Source of the DNA: Candidatus Eiseniibacteriota bacterium | GTDB lineage: Bacteria; Eisenbacteria; RBG-16-71-46 | Direction of reading: 5' to 3' | NCBI GenBank assembly: GCA_044223005.1 | Contig: JBGAML010000005.1 | Coordinates: forward strand, 64,001 to 128,000 | Length of the DNA stretch: 64,000 nucleotides | Notes under the pieces: model-generated | What the model was told of the DNA's origin: nothing | Databases searched by the model: none | What the model saw: the letters and a program-made list of their open reading frames with translations, nothing else | Position numbers and translations under genes: made by a program | Shown here: piece by piece, positions 31,803 to 42,171 of the stretch | Layout: the number at the start of each line of letters is the position of its first letter | Position numbering within the stretch: position 1 is the stretch's first letter

Positions 31803-32777
31803 TCAGGCGCCGAGGTGCTTGCCGGTGATCAGGTGGTTCTGGACGTAGTCGCGTACCGCGTCCTCGAGTGGCGTGATCGCCACGTCGCAGCCGGCCGCGC
31901 GCAGTTTGGCCATCTCGGCCTGGGTGAAATACTGGTACTTGCCCTTCAGCTGTTCGGGCATGTCGACGTACTCGATGTTCGGCTCGCGGCCCATCGCGGC
32001 GAAGATCGCGCCGATCAGCCGGTTCCACGACGAGGCTTCACCGGTGCCGACGTTGAAGATGCCGTTCGCGCGTGCGTGTGCACCGAGCCAGAGCGTCATG
32101 TCGACCGCGTCCTTCACGTAGACGAAGTCGCGCATCTGGCCGCCGTCGGCGTACTCGGGCCGGTCGCTCTTGAAGAGCCGCACCTTGCCGTTCGCGGCGA
32201 TCTGCTCGTAGCCCTTGCAGACCATCGAACGCATGTCGCCCTTGTCCCACTCGTTGGGCCCGTAGACGTTGAAGTACTTGACCGCCGCGATGCGGTCCAT
32301 CGTGCCGTTCCCCAGCGCCCAGAGGTCGAACTCCTGCTTGGACCGCCCGTAGAGGTTGAGCGGCTCGAGCGAGGGCGTGGTCGCGTGGTCGTCGGAGTAA
32401 CCGTGCGACCCGTCGCCGTACGTCGCAGCGCTGCTCGCGTGCACGAAGCGCGCGCCGGCCTCCAGCGCGAGACGGCAGAGATCCTGCGAGTAGGCGATGT
32501 TGTTCGCGCGCAGGAAGTCCCAATTGGTCTCGGTGGTGCTGCTGCAGGCCCCGAGGTGGTAGACGGCCTCGATCTCACCGCGCCATTCACCGGCGCCCCA
32601 GCGCGAGCGGAACTCCTCGTGCGGCAGGTAGGCGCGGTAGTGGAGGGGAGCGAGGTTCGCGTTCCCGGCATCCGTCGCGGGCGTGTCGACACAGAGAATG
32701 TCGCGAACGCCGCGGGTGTTGAGGCGCCAGGCGAGTGCGCTGCCGATGAACCCGGCGGCGCCGGTGACCACGATCAC
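31803..32777 (-). CDS. hldD: ADP-L-glycero-D-manno-heptose 6-epimerase
   Basis: IVVTGAAGFIGS, HLGACSSTTE, ASSAATYG, YGRSK, YFNVYGPNE, KYQYFTQA; GTG start. Confidence 0.92.
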   Translation of the reverse strand: MIVVTGAAGFIGSALAWRLNTRGVRDILCVDTPATDAGNANLAPLHYRAYLPHEEFRSRWGAGEWRGEIEAVYHLGACSSTTETNWDFLRANNIAYSQDLCRLALEAGARFVHASSAATYGDGSHGYSDDHATTPSLEPLNLYGRSKQEFDLWALGNGTMDRIAAVKYFNVYGPNEWDKGDMRSMVCKGYEQIAANGKVRLFKSDRPEYADGGQMRDFVYVKDAVDMTLWLGAHARANGIFNVGTGEASSWNRLIGAIFAAMGREPNIEYVDMPEQLKGKYQYFTQAEMAKLRAAGCDVAITPLEDAVRDYVQNHLITGKHLGA

Positions 32778-32978
32778 ATGCTGCTCCGGAAACGTGCGCG
32801 GGCCGGGGAGGTCGCGGAGCGGGCGCACGCCGTGCCGCGGGGCGCCCTACGGTCGCCGCGTCGAGCGCGGCGGGCCGCCATCGGTGCGTCGGGTGGCTGG
32901 CAGGCCCCTCGCGGATTCCGAGGAGCCGACGGCGGAGCAAGGTAGCAGAGTCGGCCGGCTGCGCAAGCCGGCGCCCGG

Positions 32979-33578
32979 TCAGTGCTTCCGCACGTAGTCC
33001 ACGGTCATCAGCCGCTTCTCGCGCGTTCCGTCGGACGAGACCGCGAACATCTCCACCGTGCGGTGATCGTCGTCGGCGATCGTCGTCACCATGCGCATCG
33101 TCACCGCCCGGCCGCTCGCGGGGTCGTTCATGCTCGCATCCCACCGGATCACCCGGCCGGTCGAATCCGGCGTGCCGACGCACGACACGAATCCCGTGCC
33201 CATGTTGTCGATCAGCGTCGCCACGTACTTCCCGCTCACGTTGTCGAACCCGTACAGGGCCATGCCGTCGTAGGGCTGGTCGCCCATGCGGCTCGCGACG
33301 ACCTCCTGGACGTAGCGGCCGCCCATCAGCGCCGTGACCATCGCAGTGCCCGGGATCTCCTGAGCCGGCCGGGAGGGATCCAGCTGCAGCTTCACGGTGC
33401 GGATCCATTCGCCGGCCATGCGCGCGAGCATCGCCTGCTGGGGACCCGGTGTCGTCGCGCGCGTGATCCGGTCCATGGCCGCCGCCACGGGGGAGGGCGC
33501 GGGCGGGGCGTCGGCGGCGAGGGCCGTTGCGACGAGCGTCGCGACTGCGGTCAGCGTGATCGCGATGGACATCTTCAT
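32979..33578 (-). CDS. DUF1579 family secreted protein
   Basis: PGPQQ..LARMAGEW..GGRYVQ..GFDNVSGKY..IDNMGTG; signal peptide. Confidence 0.85.
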   Translation of the reverse strand: MKMSIAITLTAVATLVATALAADAPPAPSPVAAAMDRITRATTPGPQQAMLARMAGEWIRTVKLQLDPSRPAQEIPGTAMVTALMGGRYVQEVVASRMGDQPYDGMALYGFDNVSGKYVATLIDNMGTGFVSCVGTPDSTGRVIRWDASMNDPASGRAVTMRMVTTIADDDHRTVEMFAVSSDGTREKRLMTVDYVRKH

Positions 33579-33667
33579 GGTCGGTCTCCTCGCTGGGGTG
33601 GCGGTCGAAGCGGCTTGCGGACCCGCGTCCGCGGCGCGCTCGCGCCGGGGGCCGTCGAGCCCCGGAC

Positions 33668-33717
33668 GGTCCAGACTCTCCCATTGACAACATTTCTTGT
33701 CAATGGCATTCTGGACC
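33668..33717. promoter_or_regulatory. Palindromic operator overlapping a leaderless promoter
   Basis: CCATTGACAA-6 nt-TTGTCAATGG inside outer arms GGTCCAGA/TCTGGACC; TTGACA-17 nt-CATTCT-6 nt-ATG. Confidence 0.75.
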
Positions 33718-33718
33718 C

Positions 33719-34327
33719 ATGCACGCCATCGCCGACCTCGAAGTGATCGATGATCCCGCCGCCGCCGTGGTGGCGCTGGACCCGACCCGCGCACGCATCC
33801 TGTCGGAGCTCGCGCGGCCGGGTTCGGCCGCCTCGCTGGCGCCGCGGGTGGGACTCACGCGGCAGAAGGTGAACTACCACCTGCGCGCGCTCGAAGCGCA
33901 CGGGCTCGTGCGCCCGTTCGACGAGCGCCGCTGGGGCGGCATCATCGAGCGTCGCGTCATCGCCTCGGCCGCTTCGTACGTCGTCTCGCCCGCGGCCATG
34001 GGGGAGGCGGCCAACGATCCCGAGCGCGCGTCCGACCGCCTGTCGGCGCGCTACCTGATCGCGCTCGCCGCGCGGATCGTGCGCGAGGTGAGCGAGATGC
34101 TCCGCGCTTCGCGCGAGTTGGGCAAGGGACTTGCCTCGCTCGGCGTCGACACGGAGATCCGCTTCCGTTCGCCGGCCGAGCGGGCGGCGTTCACCGCCGA
34201 ACTCACCGAGGCCGTCGCCGGGCTCGTCGCGCGCTATCACGACGCGGCGGCGCCCGGCGGAAGGCTGCATCGCCTGATCGTCGTCGCTCACCCCTCACCC
34301 CGGAAACCCCGGAGCCAGGAGAACTGA
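33719..34327 (+). CDS. ArsR-like winged-HTH regulator
   Basis: LDPTRARILSEL..SAASLA..LTRQKVNYHLRALEAHGLV. Confidence 0.88.
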   Translation: MHAIADLEVIDDPAAAVVALDPTRARILSELARPGSAASLAPRVGLTRQKVNYHLRALEAHGLVRPFDERRWGGIIERRVIASAASYVVSPAAMGEAANDPERASDRLSARYLIALAARIVREVSEMLRASRELGKGLASLGVDTEIRFRSPAERAAFTAELTEAVAGLVARYHDAAAPGGRLHRLIVVAHPSPRKPRSQEN

Positions 34328-35133
34328 TGCCTACCCAGAAAGATCCTTCCGGACGGCGATTCGTCACCGTCGAAACCGAAGTCCCCGGAACGCCGGAGGA
34401 AGTCTGGCAGGCGATCGCCACCGGGCCCGGCGTCTCGGCGTGGTTCGTTCCCGCACAGATCGAGGGCCGCGAGAAGGGCGCGATCGTGATGGACTTCGGC
34501 CCCGGCATGGAGTCGAAGTCCGAGATCCAGGAATGGAAGCCGCTCGAGCGCTTCACCGCGCTCAACCGCGAGGGCATGGGCCCCGGCTCGCCGCAGATGG
34601 CGACCGAGTGGAGCATCGAGGCGAGAGCGGGCGGCACCTGTCGCGTGCGCGTCGTGCACAGCTGGTTCGCCGACACGGACGACTGGGACAAGCAGTTCGA
34701 GAGCGTCGAGAAGGGCTGGCCGGCGTTCTTCCGGATCCTGCAGCGCTACATGGCGCAGTTCCGCGGCCAGTCGTGCGCACGCATCCCGCTCATGGCCTTC
34801 TCCGCGGTGCCGAAGGACAAGGCGTGGGCGGACCTCTCGCAAGGCCTCGGCCTCGCCGGCGCGAAGGTCGGGCAGGCGGTGAAGTCGTCGAGCGACGCGC
34901 CCTCGTTCGCGGGCTCGCTCGAGTACGACGCGCAGAAGGCGAATCCCGAACTCACGCTCGCGATCCGCGAGCCGGCCGCCGGGACCGCGCATGTCTCGCT
35001 GATGGGGATGGGCGACAAGTCCTACGTCTACGTCTGCCTCTACTTCTACGGCGCGAGCGCCGCCGCAGTGGTCGAACGCGAAGCACCGGCCTGGCAGGCG
35101 TGGATCGCGCGACTCTTCCCGGCGGGCGCGTAG
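34327..35133 (+). CDS. SRPBCC domain protein
   Basis: EVPGTPEEVWQAIATGPGVSAWFVP..GWPAFFRIL; TGATG overlap with the regulator gene. Confidence 0.88.
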   Translation: MPTQKDPSGRRFVTVETEVPGTPEEVWQAIATGPGVSAWFVPAQIEGREKGAIVMDFGPGMESKSEIQEWKPLERFTALNREGMGPGSPQMATEWSIEARAGGTCRVRVVHSWFADTDDWDKQFESVEKGWPAFFRILQRYMAQFRGQSCARIPLMAFSAVPKDKAWADLSQGLGLAGAKVGQAVKSSSDAPSFAGSLEYDAQKANPELTLAIREPAAGTAHVSLMGMGDKSYVYVCLYFYGASAAAVVEREAPAWQAWIARLFPAGA

Positions 35134-35173
35134 ACGCGCCCCGCGAGGGCACCACACGCGGAACGACGTAGAC

Positions 35174-35203
35174 CGGCGAGGCACGCCTGGGCGTGCCTCG
35201 CCG
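35174..35203. terminator. Hairpin after the SRPBCC gene
   Basis: CGGCGAGGCACGCC-TG-GGCGTGCCTCGCCG. Confidence 0.6.
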
Positions 35204-35276
35204 AACCATTCTCAGTGAAGCGCGAGCACCTTCCGCGAAGACGAAGTCGATCGTCGCGAGACGCGGGAGCGGGCCA

Positions 35277-35456
35277 CCGGACGAACACCACGCGACTGCT
35301 CGCCGAGTGGCCGCCCTGCGTGAGCCGCATGAGATGGATGCCGGCCGCCAGCTCGTCGTACACCTGCTGGATGAAGGTGTCCGAGCCCGTGCGCGGAGCG
35401 TCCGGCCCGGGAGATTCGCCGGGCGGCTCGTCCTCTGGCGGATCCGAATGCGTCAT
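35277..35456 (-). pseudogene. Chimeric remnant: ECF-sigma-like start fused to the end of a CTD domain
   Basis: M..DTFIQQVYDEL joined in frame to AAGIHLMRLTQGGHSASSRVVFVR. Confidence 0.55.
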
Positions 35457-35806
35457 GGGCCGAAGCTGGCCTACGGGCCGGGGAGTCACAATCCTCCCGC
35501 GGGAGAGTCGCCCGCCCCGGAATGGAAGCTCGGAGCGTCCCCGGCGGCGCCGTCGGGAGGCATGCGTCACCGCGCCCGACGTTCAAGCATGCGTCAGTGT
35601 GTGAGTTCTGCGCGCCGTGGCGTTCGGTGGGGCCTGCTTGCGCCTACACTCGCTCGAAAGGTGCGACGGCGTCGCGACGATGCCGCGCCCACGTGGGCCC
35701 CCCCGATCGTCCGCACCGAAACGCAACCTCCGCCGCGCGGGGCCACCCGAATGGCTGGCCGCTTCCGCGCGGTCCACGGCACGCGAATCGCTCGCGGAGG
35801 AAGCCC

Positions 35807-36400
35807 ATGAAGTGTCTTGCACTCCTGCTCGGCGCAGCACTGGTCGCGCAGGTATCCGTTGCACAGGCGGGATCACCGCATTCGCTCGGGATGAACGTCG
35901 GCCTCGCCATGCCGACCGGCGACGTGTCGGACGTGGTCGGGGCGGGATACGTTGTCGGTGGCACGTACGAATACCGAGCCCACCCGGCCTGGAGTGTCGG
36001 CGCGACCGTCGACTACTTCGCGCTCGGGGAGAAGAGCACCTCGAGCACAATCCTGGGCTCGACGCGAACGGTGAAAGTGAAAGCCCCGGGCGGACAGGCG
36101 ATCGTCTTCGGGCGTTACTACTTTCCCATGCAGGGCACGCCGGTGGCGCCCTACGTCTCGTTCGCGATCGAGAAGACCCGCATCGGCTTCAAGTCGACCG
36201 TGACCTACCGCGGCTCGTCGGTCTCCAGCGAAGACAAGCAGGACAAGCCGGGGTTCGGCATCGGCCTCGGCGCGACGCGCAAGCTGGACGATCGCATCAC
36301 GGGCGGCGTGGATTTCGCATTCCACCAGATCCAGACCGACAACGAAGCCACCCACCTGCTGACGTTGACGATCGGCGTCACGTTCGGACTCGGGAACTAG
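35807..36400 (+). CDS. Outer membrane beta-barrel protein (8-stranded type)
   Basis: Signal peptide ending AQA; alternating amphipathic strands; ends LTIGVTFGLGN; GGAGG SD. Confidence 0.85.
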   Translation: MKCLALLLGAALVAQVSVAQAGSPHSLGMNVGLAMPTGDVSDVVGAGYVVGGTYEYRAHPAWSVGATVDYFALGEKSTSSTILGSTRTVKVKAPGGQAIVFGRYYFPMQGTPVAPYVSFAIEKTRIGFKSTVTYRGSSVSSEDKQDKPGFGIGLGATRKLDDRITGGVDFAFHQIQTDNEATHLLTLTIGVTFGLGN

Positions 36401-36416
36401 CCGAGCAGGAGTGCGG

Positions 36417-38087
36417 TCAACGCGGCGCGAGGATTCGTCCCCGCGCCGCGAGCCGCGTCGCGCGCCCGGCCCAGAGGTCGAAACGGGCGATCTGGTCTTC
36501 CGTCTCGGGATCGAACGCCACCTCCATGCCGTTGGCAGTCACGGACTCGCTGTTGAGCAGCTGTCCGCGGCCCCAGTCGAGCGTCAGGACGCGCGTGCCG
36601 CGCGGGCCCGCCAGGCGCAGCCACGAGCGCGCACCGCCCGGCGGCGCGTAGGCCGTACCGAGCACCTCGGTGGCCGTCACGCCACCCAGCGAATCCGCCT
36701 GCTGGCGCCAGAAGCGCCAGAACGAGGGATGCGCATCCCCCGGCAGGCTCGGGTGGAAGCGCGGCTCGAGCGCGGTCGAGTCCGCGGCCAGCAGCAGTCG
36801 CGCGACTTCCGCGGCCTTGCCGTCCAGGCGCCGCTCCTCGACGCGCTGCGCCGAGTCGCTGCCGGCGAGCACCGACATCGCGTCCTGCGAATGTGCCGCG
36901 AGCCAGACCGAGCCGTCGCGGACGCGCGCTTCGATCGGCTCGCCTCCCGGCAACGTCCACGCGCCGTTCCAGCGCGCCGCACGCTTCGCGGTGAGCGCGA
37001 GGCGAGCCGGCGGCATCGCGGGCGCCGGCCCGAAGAGGAACCGGATCACCGCCTGCTGGACGGGATCGCGATAGCCGCGCCCGGCGTTCCGGTCGTTGCC
37101 GAGGAAGACGATCGTCGCGTGCTCGTCGACGAACCGGCTCATCATGGTGTTGAACCCACCATAGTCGCCGCCGTGCAGGATCACCGTGGTCCCGCGCGCG
37201 CTCCGGTAGACCTGCCAGCCGCCTCCGTAGTGGGAGGTGGGGCTCGACACCGGGCCGGGCGCGAACTGCTTCGCCTGGGCGGCCGCGTCGAGCACGCGCT
37301 GCGCGCGGATCGCCTGCTCCCATTTCCACATGTCGCCGCACGTCGAGACCACCGAACCCGCACCCATCGACTTGGGCGTGAACCGTACCGGGAATGCGGG
37401 CGGATCGGGTTCGCTCCCCGAGTAGCACGGCGTGCGTTTCCCGACCGTCCAGCGCGCGGCATCGTCTTCGAATCCCGTCGAGTCCATACCGGCCGGGGCG
37501 AATATCTCGCGGCGCACGTAGTCCTCGAACGAGCGCCCGGACGCGCGCTCGACGATGACCGCGAGCAGGTTGTATCCCGGGCTCGAGTAGGCGTACTTCG
37601 TCCCGGGCGGCGACATCAGTGGAATGCCGAAGTGCTCGGCAACCATGGAATCGACCGAGATCGTGTCGTCGAACGAACCCTTCGGCAGGTACGGTATGCC
37701 CGCCGTGTGGTGGAGCAACTGGTCGATCGTGATGCCCGCCTTGTCGGGCGGCACGTGCGGAAACCACCGGCCGAGGGTATCGGCGGTCGAGAGCCTGCCC
37801 CGCGATTCCAACTGGTAGATCGCCGTCGCGGTGAACTGCTTGGCGAGCGAACCGAGGTGGTAGGGCGTCGACGTCGTCGCCGGAACGTGGTGTTCGCGAT
37901 CCGCCCAACCGTACCCCTTGTGCAGGATCACCTCGCCGTCCTTCTCGACCAGCAGCGTGCCCTGGAGCCCGGACTGCGCCGCGCGCGTCATGAAGGTATC
38001 GATGCGTGCGGCGACCGGACCGCGCATGATCGCGTGCGGGTCGTGCGGGAGGGCGGCAGCCAGGAGGACGGCGAACACGGCGAGCAT
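36417..38087 (-). CDS. Serine hydrolase, beta-lactamase/AmpC-like family
   Basis: SLAK (SxxK), LLHHTAG, YSSPGY, HGG; C-terminal extension. Confidence 0.88.
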   Translation of the reverse strand: MLAVFAVLLAAALPHDPHAIMRGPVAARIDTFMTRAAQSGLQGTLLVEKDGEVILHKGYGWADREHHVPATTSTPYHLGSLAKQFTATAIYQLESRGRLSTADTLGRWFPHVPPDKAGITIDQLLHHTAGIPYLPKGSFDDTISVDSMVAEHFGIPLMSPPGTKYAYSSPGYNLLAVIVERASGRSFEDYVRREIFAPAGMDSTGFEDDAARWTVGKRTPCYSGSEPDPPAFPVRFTPKSMGAGSVVSTCGDMWKWEQAIRAQRVLDAAAQAKQFAPGPVSSPTSHYGGGWQVYRSARGTTVILHGGDYGGFNTMMSRFVDEHATIVFLGNDRNAGRGYRDPVQQAVIRFLFGPAPAMPPARLALTAKRAARWNGAWTLPGGEPIEARVRDGSVWLAAHSQDAMSVLAGSDSAQRVEERRLDGKAAEVARLLLAADSTALEPRFHPSLPGDAHPSFWRFWRQQADSLGGVTATEVLGTAYAPPGGARSWLRLAGPRGTRVLTLDWGRGQLLNSESVTANGMEVAFDPETEDQIARFDLWAGRATRLAARGRILAPR

Positions 38088-38286
38088 GCGGGGGCTCCGG
38101 GTGCGGGTCGGAGAGGAACGATCGTGAGCGAACGCTATCGCCAGCCGCCGCTCGCGCAAGCCGGCCGCGCCGGGCGCGGGACATCGGCACCCGGACGCGC
38201 CCTGTTCGGCGCGAACGCGACGCCCGAGGCGAACCGAGAGGAGGCGCGCGTTTGCGCGCGTCCCTTCGCGCCCGTACGTTGCGAAC

Positions 38287-39090
38287 GTGCATCACGACTC
38301 CGTCGCGTACTACGCCACCGTGACCGTGATCGGCGCGGTGGTGGGATTCATCTCCGGGCTGCTCGGCAAGGGCGGCAGCGCGGTCACCACGCCGGCCCTG
38401 CGCGTCTTCCTCGACGTGCCGCGCTTCTTCGCGCTGGCTTCGCCACTGCCGGCCGCATTGCCCACGACGCTCTCGGCCTCGCTCGCGTATCGGGGCCGCG
38501 GACTGATCGACTGGAACGCGTTCACGATCACCTGCGCCCTCGGATTCCCTGCGACACTCGCCGGCTCGTTCGTCAGCCCGTACGTCGGCGGGCATCTCCT
38601 GATGCTTCTGACCGCGTTGTTCGTGGCCGGTCTGGGCGTCAGCATGCTCTTTCATCGCCCCGACGCGGGGGAGGTGCTCGATCGCGGCGCCACGCCGACG
38701 CGCCGCCGGCGGCTCGTCGTGATCGGGCTCGGCGTCGGGTTCCTCGCGGGACTGCTCGCCAACACCGGCGGCGTGCTCTACGCGCCGCTCTTCATCCAGT
38801 GGATCGGGATGGAGACCAAACGCGCGCTCGCCACCTCGCTCGTCGTGGCGGCGGCACTGGCCGTGCCCGCGACGGTCGCGCACGCGGCGCTCGGGCACAT
38901 CGACTGGGCTCTCGTCGGTGCACTCGCCGTGGGCGGCATCCCGAGTTCCTACTTCGGCGCCCGCGTCGCCGTGCGGATGAAGAGCGTCACGCTCCTGCGT
39001 GTCTACGGCGTGGCGCTCACGCTCTTCGGCCTCTACGACATCCTCTACACGGAACGCGAAGCGCTCGCCCGGCTCTTCGGCCGCGGCTGA
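38287..39090 (+). CDS. TauE/SafE (TSUP) family transporter
   Basis: GFISGLLGKGG and GFLAGLLANTGG half-repeats; ALATSL; multiple TM segments. Confidence 0.87.
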   Translation: MHHDSVAYYATVTVIGAVVGFISGLLGKGGSAVTTPALRVFLDVPRFFALASPLPAALPTTLSASLAYRGRGLIDWNAFTITCALGFPATLAGSFVSPYVGGHLLMLLTALFVAGLGVSMLFHRPDAGEVLDRGATPTRRRRLVVIGLGVGFLAGLLANTGGVLYAPLFIQWIGMETKRALATSLVVAAALAVPATVAHAALGHIDWALVGALAVGGIPSSYFGARVAVRMKSVTLLRVYGVALTLFGLYDILYTEREALARLFGRG

Positions 39091-39117
39091 TCACCGTGGC
39101 CCCGAGGCACGTTGCGT

Positions 39118-40215
39118 TCAGACGATCCAGTTGAAGAGGTAGCCCACCAGTACGATCCCCGCCGCGACCACGCCGATGAACACCGCGATCAGCCGCGGCC
39201 GGAGCACCTTGCGCAGTATGATCATCTCCGGCAGCGAGAGCGCGACGACCGACATCATGAAGGCGAGCACCGTGCCCAGCGCCGCGCCCTTTTCGATCAG
39301 GGCGTGCACCACCGGAATGATGCCCGCGGCGTTGGAGTACATGGGCACGCCGATCAGTACCGCGAGTGGCACCGACCACCAGGCGCCCTTGCCCATGATC
39401 GACGCCATGAACTGTTCGGGCACCCAGCCATGGATGCCGGCGCCCACGACGATGCCCGCGAGCAGGTACGGCCACACCTTGCCGACGATGTCGCGCACGG
39501 CGTCCCAACCCGCGAGAAGGCGCTCGTGCCACGTGCGCGGGCCGAGCGTCGCGTTGCCCGGGCCGCCGCGCTGCGCGTAGACCCAGGGCTCGACGTGGCG
39601 CTCGAGCTTCAGCCGACCGATCACCCAGCCGGCGACGATCGCGACCAGCAGCCCGGTCACGAGGTAGATCGCGGCGACCCGCCAGCCGAAGAGCCCCAAC
39701 AGCAGCGCGAGTGCGACCTCGTTGACCATCGGCGCCGAGATCAGGAACGAGAACGTGACCCCGAGCGGAATGCCCGCAGTCAGGAACCCGATGAAGAGCG
39801 GCACCGCCGAACAGGAGCAGAACGGCGTCACCGTGCCGAGCGCCGCGGCCAGCACGTTGCCCACCGACTCGGCCTTGCCCGCCAGAACGGCGCGCGTGCG
39901 CTCCGGTGTGAAGAACGAGCGCACGATTCCGACCACAAAGACGACGAGGGTGAGCAGCAGCAGGACCTTCGGCGCTTCGTACGCGAGGAACTCGACCGCC
40001 GAGCCGAGATGTGACGTGGGCGAGAGGCGCAGCACGGAGACCGTCAACGCATGCGCCAGCGGCTGCAGCACCGCATAGAGGCCGATCCACGCGGCGAGGG
40101 AAAGCGCGAGCAACCACCGCAGCCGCACCGGATCGATGCGCCGGATGGCAACCGCGGGCACGACGATCAGTTGCAGGGGGTTGCCGCCGAGACCCTTCTG
40201 GGGAGAGAGACTCAT
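39118..40215 (-). CDS. arsP: ArsP (DUF318) permease
   Basis: [40 protein letters not shown] overlap with acr3. Confidence 0.85.
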   Translation of the reverse strand: MSLSPQKGLGGNPLQLIVVPAVAIRRIDPVRLRWLLALSLAAWIGLYAVLQPLAHALTVSVLRLSPTSHLGSAVEFLAYEAPKVLLLLTLVVFVVGIVRSFFTPERTRAVLAGKAESVGNVLAAALGTVTPFCSCSAVPLFIGFLTAGIPLGVTFSFLISAPMVNEVALALLLGLFGWRVAAIYLVTGLLVAIVAGWVIGRLKLERHVEPWVYAQRGGPGNATLGPRTWHERLLAGWDAVRDIVGKVWPYLLAGIVVGAGIHGWVPEQFMASIMGKGAWWSVPLAVLIGVPMYSNAAGIIPVVHALIEKGAALGTVLAFMMSVVALSLPEMIILRKVLRPRLIAVFIGVVAAGIVLVGYLFNWIV

Positions 40216-41303
40216 GACTTCGCCGCCTCCACGGCGCGCGGTGGGCCCGTCGCGGGGAAGAACCGGCGCCGCAGCGCCAGTGCCACGTGGACCAGGCCGA
40301 TCAGGGCCGGGACTTCGACCAGGGGCCCGATCACCGCTGCGAACGCGGCACCGTGCCCGATGCCGAACGTGGCGACCGCGACGGCGATCGCCAGTTCGAA
40401 GTTGTTCGACGCCGCGGTGAACGAGAGCGTCGCCGACTGCGGGTAGTTCGCGCCCACGGCACGGCTGAGGAAGAACGAGACCGCGAACATCACGCCGAAG
40501 TAGACGAGCAGCGGAATCGCGATCCGCACCACGTCGAACGGCAACTGCACGATCGTCTCGCCCTTGAGCGAGAACATGACGACGATCGTGAAGAGCAGCG
40601 CGACCAGCGTGATGGGGCTCACGGCGGGGACGAAGCGGCGCTCGTACCACTCGCGGCCGCGGAGCGCGATCAGCGCCACCCTCGAGATCACCCCGGCCAG
40701 GAACGGAATGCCGAGGTAGACGAACACGCTGCGCGCGATCTCGCCCATGGTGATGTGGACGACCACGCCCTGCAGCCCGAAGACCCGCGGCGCCACGGTG
40801 AGGAAGACCCAGGCGTACAGCGGGAAGAAGAGCACCTGGAAGACGGAGTTGAACGCCACCAGCCCGGCGCAGTACTCCGGGTCGCCACTCGCGAGATCGT
40901 TCCAGACGATCACCATCGCGATGCAGCGAGCGAGCCCGATCAGGACGAGCCCGACCATGTACTCGGGCCGGTCGCGCAGGAAGAGCACCGCCAGCGCGAA
41001 CATGAGCACGGGGCCGATGATCCAGTTCTGGACCAGCGAGAGCAGCAGGACGCGGCCGTTGCGGAACACGCGCCCCATCTCTTCGTACCGCACCTTGGCC
41101 AGGGGCGGGTACATCATCAGGATCAGGCCGATCGCGATCGGCACCGACGTGGTGCCGACGTTGAAGCGATTGAGGAACGGGACGACCTGCGGAAAGAAGA
41201 AGCCGCCGCCCACGCCGACCGCCATCGCGAGGAAGATCCAGAGCGTCAGGTAGCGGTCGAGGAACGACAGCCGGCCGGCCACCCCCGCGGCGTAACGACT
41301 CAC
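40212..41303 (-). CDS. acr3: Acr3 family arsenite efflux pump
   Basis: [50 protein letters not shown]. Confidence 0.95.
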   Translation of the reverse strand: MSRYAAGVAGRLSFLDRYLTLWIFLAMAVGVGGGFFFPQVVPFLNRFNVGTTSVPIAIGLILMMYPPLAKVRYEEMGRVFRNGRVLLLSLVQNWIIGPVLMFALAVLFLRDRPEYMVGLVLIGLARCIAMVIVWNDLASGDPEYCAGLVAFNSVFQVLFFPLYAWVFLTVAPRVFGLQGVVVHITMGEIARSVFVYLGIPFLAGVISRVALIALRGREWYERRFVPAVSPITLVALLFTIVVMFSLKGETIVQLPFDVVRIAIPLLVYFGVMFAVSFFLSRAVGANYPQSATLSFTAASNNFELAIAVAVATFGIGHGAAFAAVIGPLVEVPALIGLVHVALALRRRFFPATGPPRAVEAAKS

Positions 41304-41731
41304 GGCCGGGACTCCGGGCGAGCAGCGCCGGTGAGCGCCTCGGTCACGAGGTCACAGACCAGCGCCTCGATCCGGTCACGCACCGCACGGAAGCCGTCGT
41401 CGTCGAGGTGCTTGGGATCGGTGAGCTCCCAGTCGAGCCGATGGCGGGCCGGGAGCGAGGGGCAGGCGTCGCCGCAGCCCATCGTCACGATCCAGTCCCA
41501 TTGAAGCGGCGGCAGGTCGTCGAGTCCCTTGGAGGACTGCGCGGCGAGGTTGATCCCGCGCTCCATCATATGGTGGATGGCGCGCGGGTTGATCCGGCCC
41601 GACGGACGCGAGCCGGCGCTGTGCGCCTCGACGCGGCCCTGGCCGAAGTGGCGCGCGAAACCTTCCGCCATCTGTGAGCGGTTCGAGTTTTCGATGCAGA
41701 CGAAGAGCAAGCTGGGGCGGGCGTCAGGCAC
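41300..41731 (-). CDS. arsC: Arsenate reductase, LMW-PTP fold
   Basis: CX5R (CIENSNR) followed by [19 protein letters not shown]. Confidence 0.9.
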   Translation of the reverse strand: MPDARPSLLFVCIENSNRSQMAEGFARHFGQGRVEAHSAGSRPSGRINPRAIHHMMERGINLAAQSSKGLDDLPPLQWDWIVTMGCGDACPSLPARHRLDWELTDPKHLDDDGFRAVRDRIEALVCDLVTEALTGAARPESRP

Positions 41732-42149
41732 GGGAGCGCTCCCGGCGGGCCGGCGCCCGACGCGCGCCGCGGGCCGGCTTCGGCAACTTGGAAGCGGGAA
41801 GAGCGCAGAGTTCGACGAGCGGGATGGCCTTGATCTCGCGCAGGCGCCTGCGGTCCGCGAGCACCACCGGATCGCGATCGAGATCGCCCTTCAGCAGCGC
41901 GAGGATCGAGCCCGCGTGCGCATTGTGCGACGTGGGCGAGAGCGCGTACTCGATCCACTTGCCGTCGCGCTGGTCCTCGACGAGGCCCGCGTGCTTGAGG
42001 ATCGCGAGGTGCTTGGACACGGTGGAGGGCGCCAGCCCGAGCACCGACTGCACCTGGCAGACGCAGAGCCCGCCACCCTCGAGCAGCTTGAGGATCCGGG
42101 TACGGGTCGGGTCACTCACCGCCTTCATGGCCTGTTCGAAGTCACGCAC
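41724..42149 (-). CDS. arsR: Arsenic-responsive repressor
   Basis: SDPTRTRILKLL..LCVCQ..TVSKHLAILKHAGLV; first gene of the ars operon. Confidence 0.9.
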   Translation of the reverse strand: MRDFEQAMKAVSDPTRTRILKLLEGGGLCVCQVQSVLGLAPSTVSKHLAILKHAGLVEDQRDGKWIEYALSPTSHNAHAGSILALLKGDLDRDPVVLADRRRLREIKAIPLVELCALPASKLPKPARGARRAPARRERSRA

Positions 42150-42171
42150 GCACCGCCCCCCATATGATCAC

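Noticed and set aside
35777..35792. Sigma54-like CGGCACG-N4-TCGCT before the OMP gene (also TGGC-N9-GC at 49382-49396)
   Set aside because: GG-N10-GC is frequent in GC-rich DNA; at the OMP gene the implied start would fall downstream of the SD; no equivalent was found at the other tail genes.
39118..42149. Possible selenocysteine read-through in the ars genes
   Set aside because: Catalytic Cys codons are ordinary and the TGA stops coincide with expected protein ends and gene overlaps.
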